Assembly (NCBI RefSeq): GCF_964204865.1 | Contig: NC_135257.1 | Coordinates: 19,840,001 to 19,904,000, forward strand | Reading direction: 5' to 3' | DNA: 64,000 nt | Source of the DNA: Styela clava | Lineage: Eukaryota | Part shown: positions 63,323 through 64,000 of the stretch, in pieces | How positions within the stretch are numbered: the first letter of the stretch is position 1 | Layout: every line of letters begins with the position of its first letter | The notes under the pieces: generated by a model | What the model was told of the DNA's origin: nothing | Database searches by the model: none | The model's input: only the letters and a program-made list of their open reading frames with translations | Program-made: the position numbers and the translations under genes

Positions 63323-64000
63323 TATATCATCCTTTACCGGATCAATAAACGAACATCATAGATGTTAGACTCCATGCAGCACCACTAAACTTTCGAGAAT
63401 TTTGTGACGTTTTTGGAAAGTCGTGCGTTTGGGGATTTCTTTTACTTTAGTTCAATTATTGTCACAGATACAATGCTAGATAGAATGTAAAATTATATAT
63501 TCATTTTAGGTAAAGTACGGTCTGTACCGGCACCGGTATGCTAATAGAGCAACTGAATCGTATGTCTGTATGATCCACCACGACGCACTTACCGGTATCT
63601 TCAGTTTAACGTTTTTTTCACTCAATAAATTCTCTGTGTTTGTGTCAACTTGTGTGCGTGTATGAGCTTCTTTAATAATGTTAAAGTGTGTTATATAATA
63701 AATGTTACGGCCCTTCTTCTTGGCATAACTTTTCATCTTATAACGCCACCGGGATAAATATGTAAATCCTATCCTATATTATGTAAGTTTCAAAGTTTGT
63801 CTAACAGCTACAGGGGTGGTGACTCCTCTACGACCCATGGGCCGGGGCCACGGCCCATCTAATTGGGCCACATGGGCCGTGGCCCATCGAGCTATGGGCC
63901 GCGGCCCCGTCAGGAAAAATTCAATTATCTTACCAAAATTTTCAATTTTTACAAAATTGTCAATATTCGAACCAAAAAAATAAACTCCTGTAGTATGTGT

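Overview
AT-rich, intron-containing animal genomic DNA. A marine invertebrate such as a tunicate is plausible, but that is inference. The window is organised by one + strand host gene, an XK-related (XKR4/6/7-type) scramblase, whose last three coding exons lie at 1-128, 31432-31543 and 51444-54298; the last exon encodes a ~940-aa disordered tail. The 31-kb intron holds four intronless BTB-BACK-BACK-Kelch genes: one inverted, two intact on +, and one broken by a 422-bp frameshifting deletion. They are mosaics of each other and diverge most in the distal propeller blades. The 20-kb intron holds an antisense 17-exon gene that I reconstructed by hand with consistent splice phases (776 aa). It is a GH31 homologue of bacterial sulfoquinovosidase YihQ with a signal peptide, 7 N-glycosylation sequons, a GPI-type C-terminus, a TATA box and an intronic GATA-site array. 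This makes it a candidate cell-surface enzyme for digesting algal sulfolipid, with a QQRWF variant of the sulfonate motif. The rest is hAT, Tc1/mariner and Merlin-like MITEs, a tRNA-derived SINE family, a decayed Buster/Charlie transposase fragment, minisatellites and a Penelope-type minimal hammerhead ribozyme motif at ~60345-60385.
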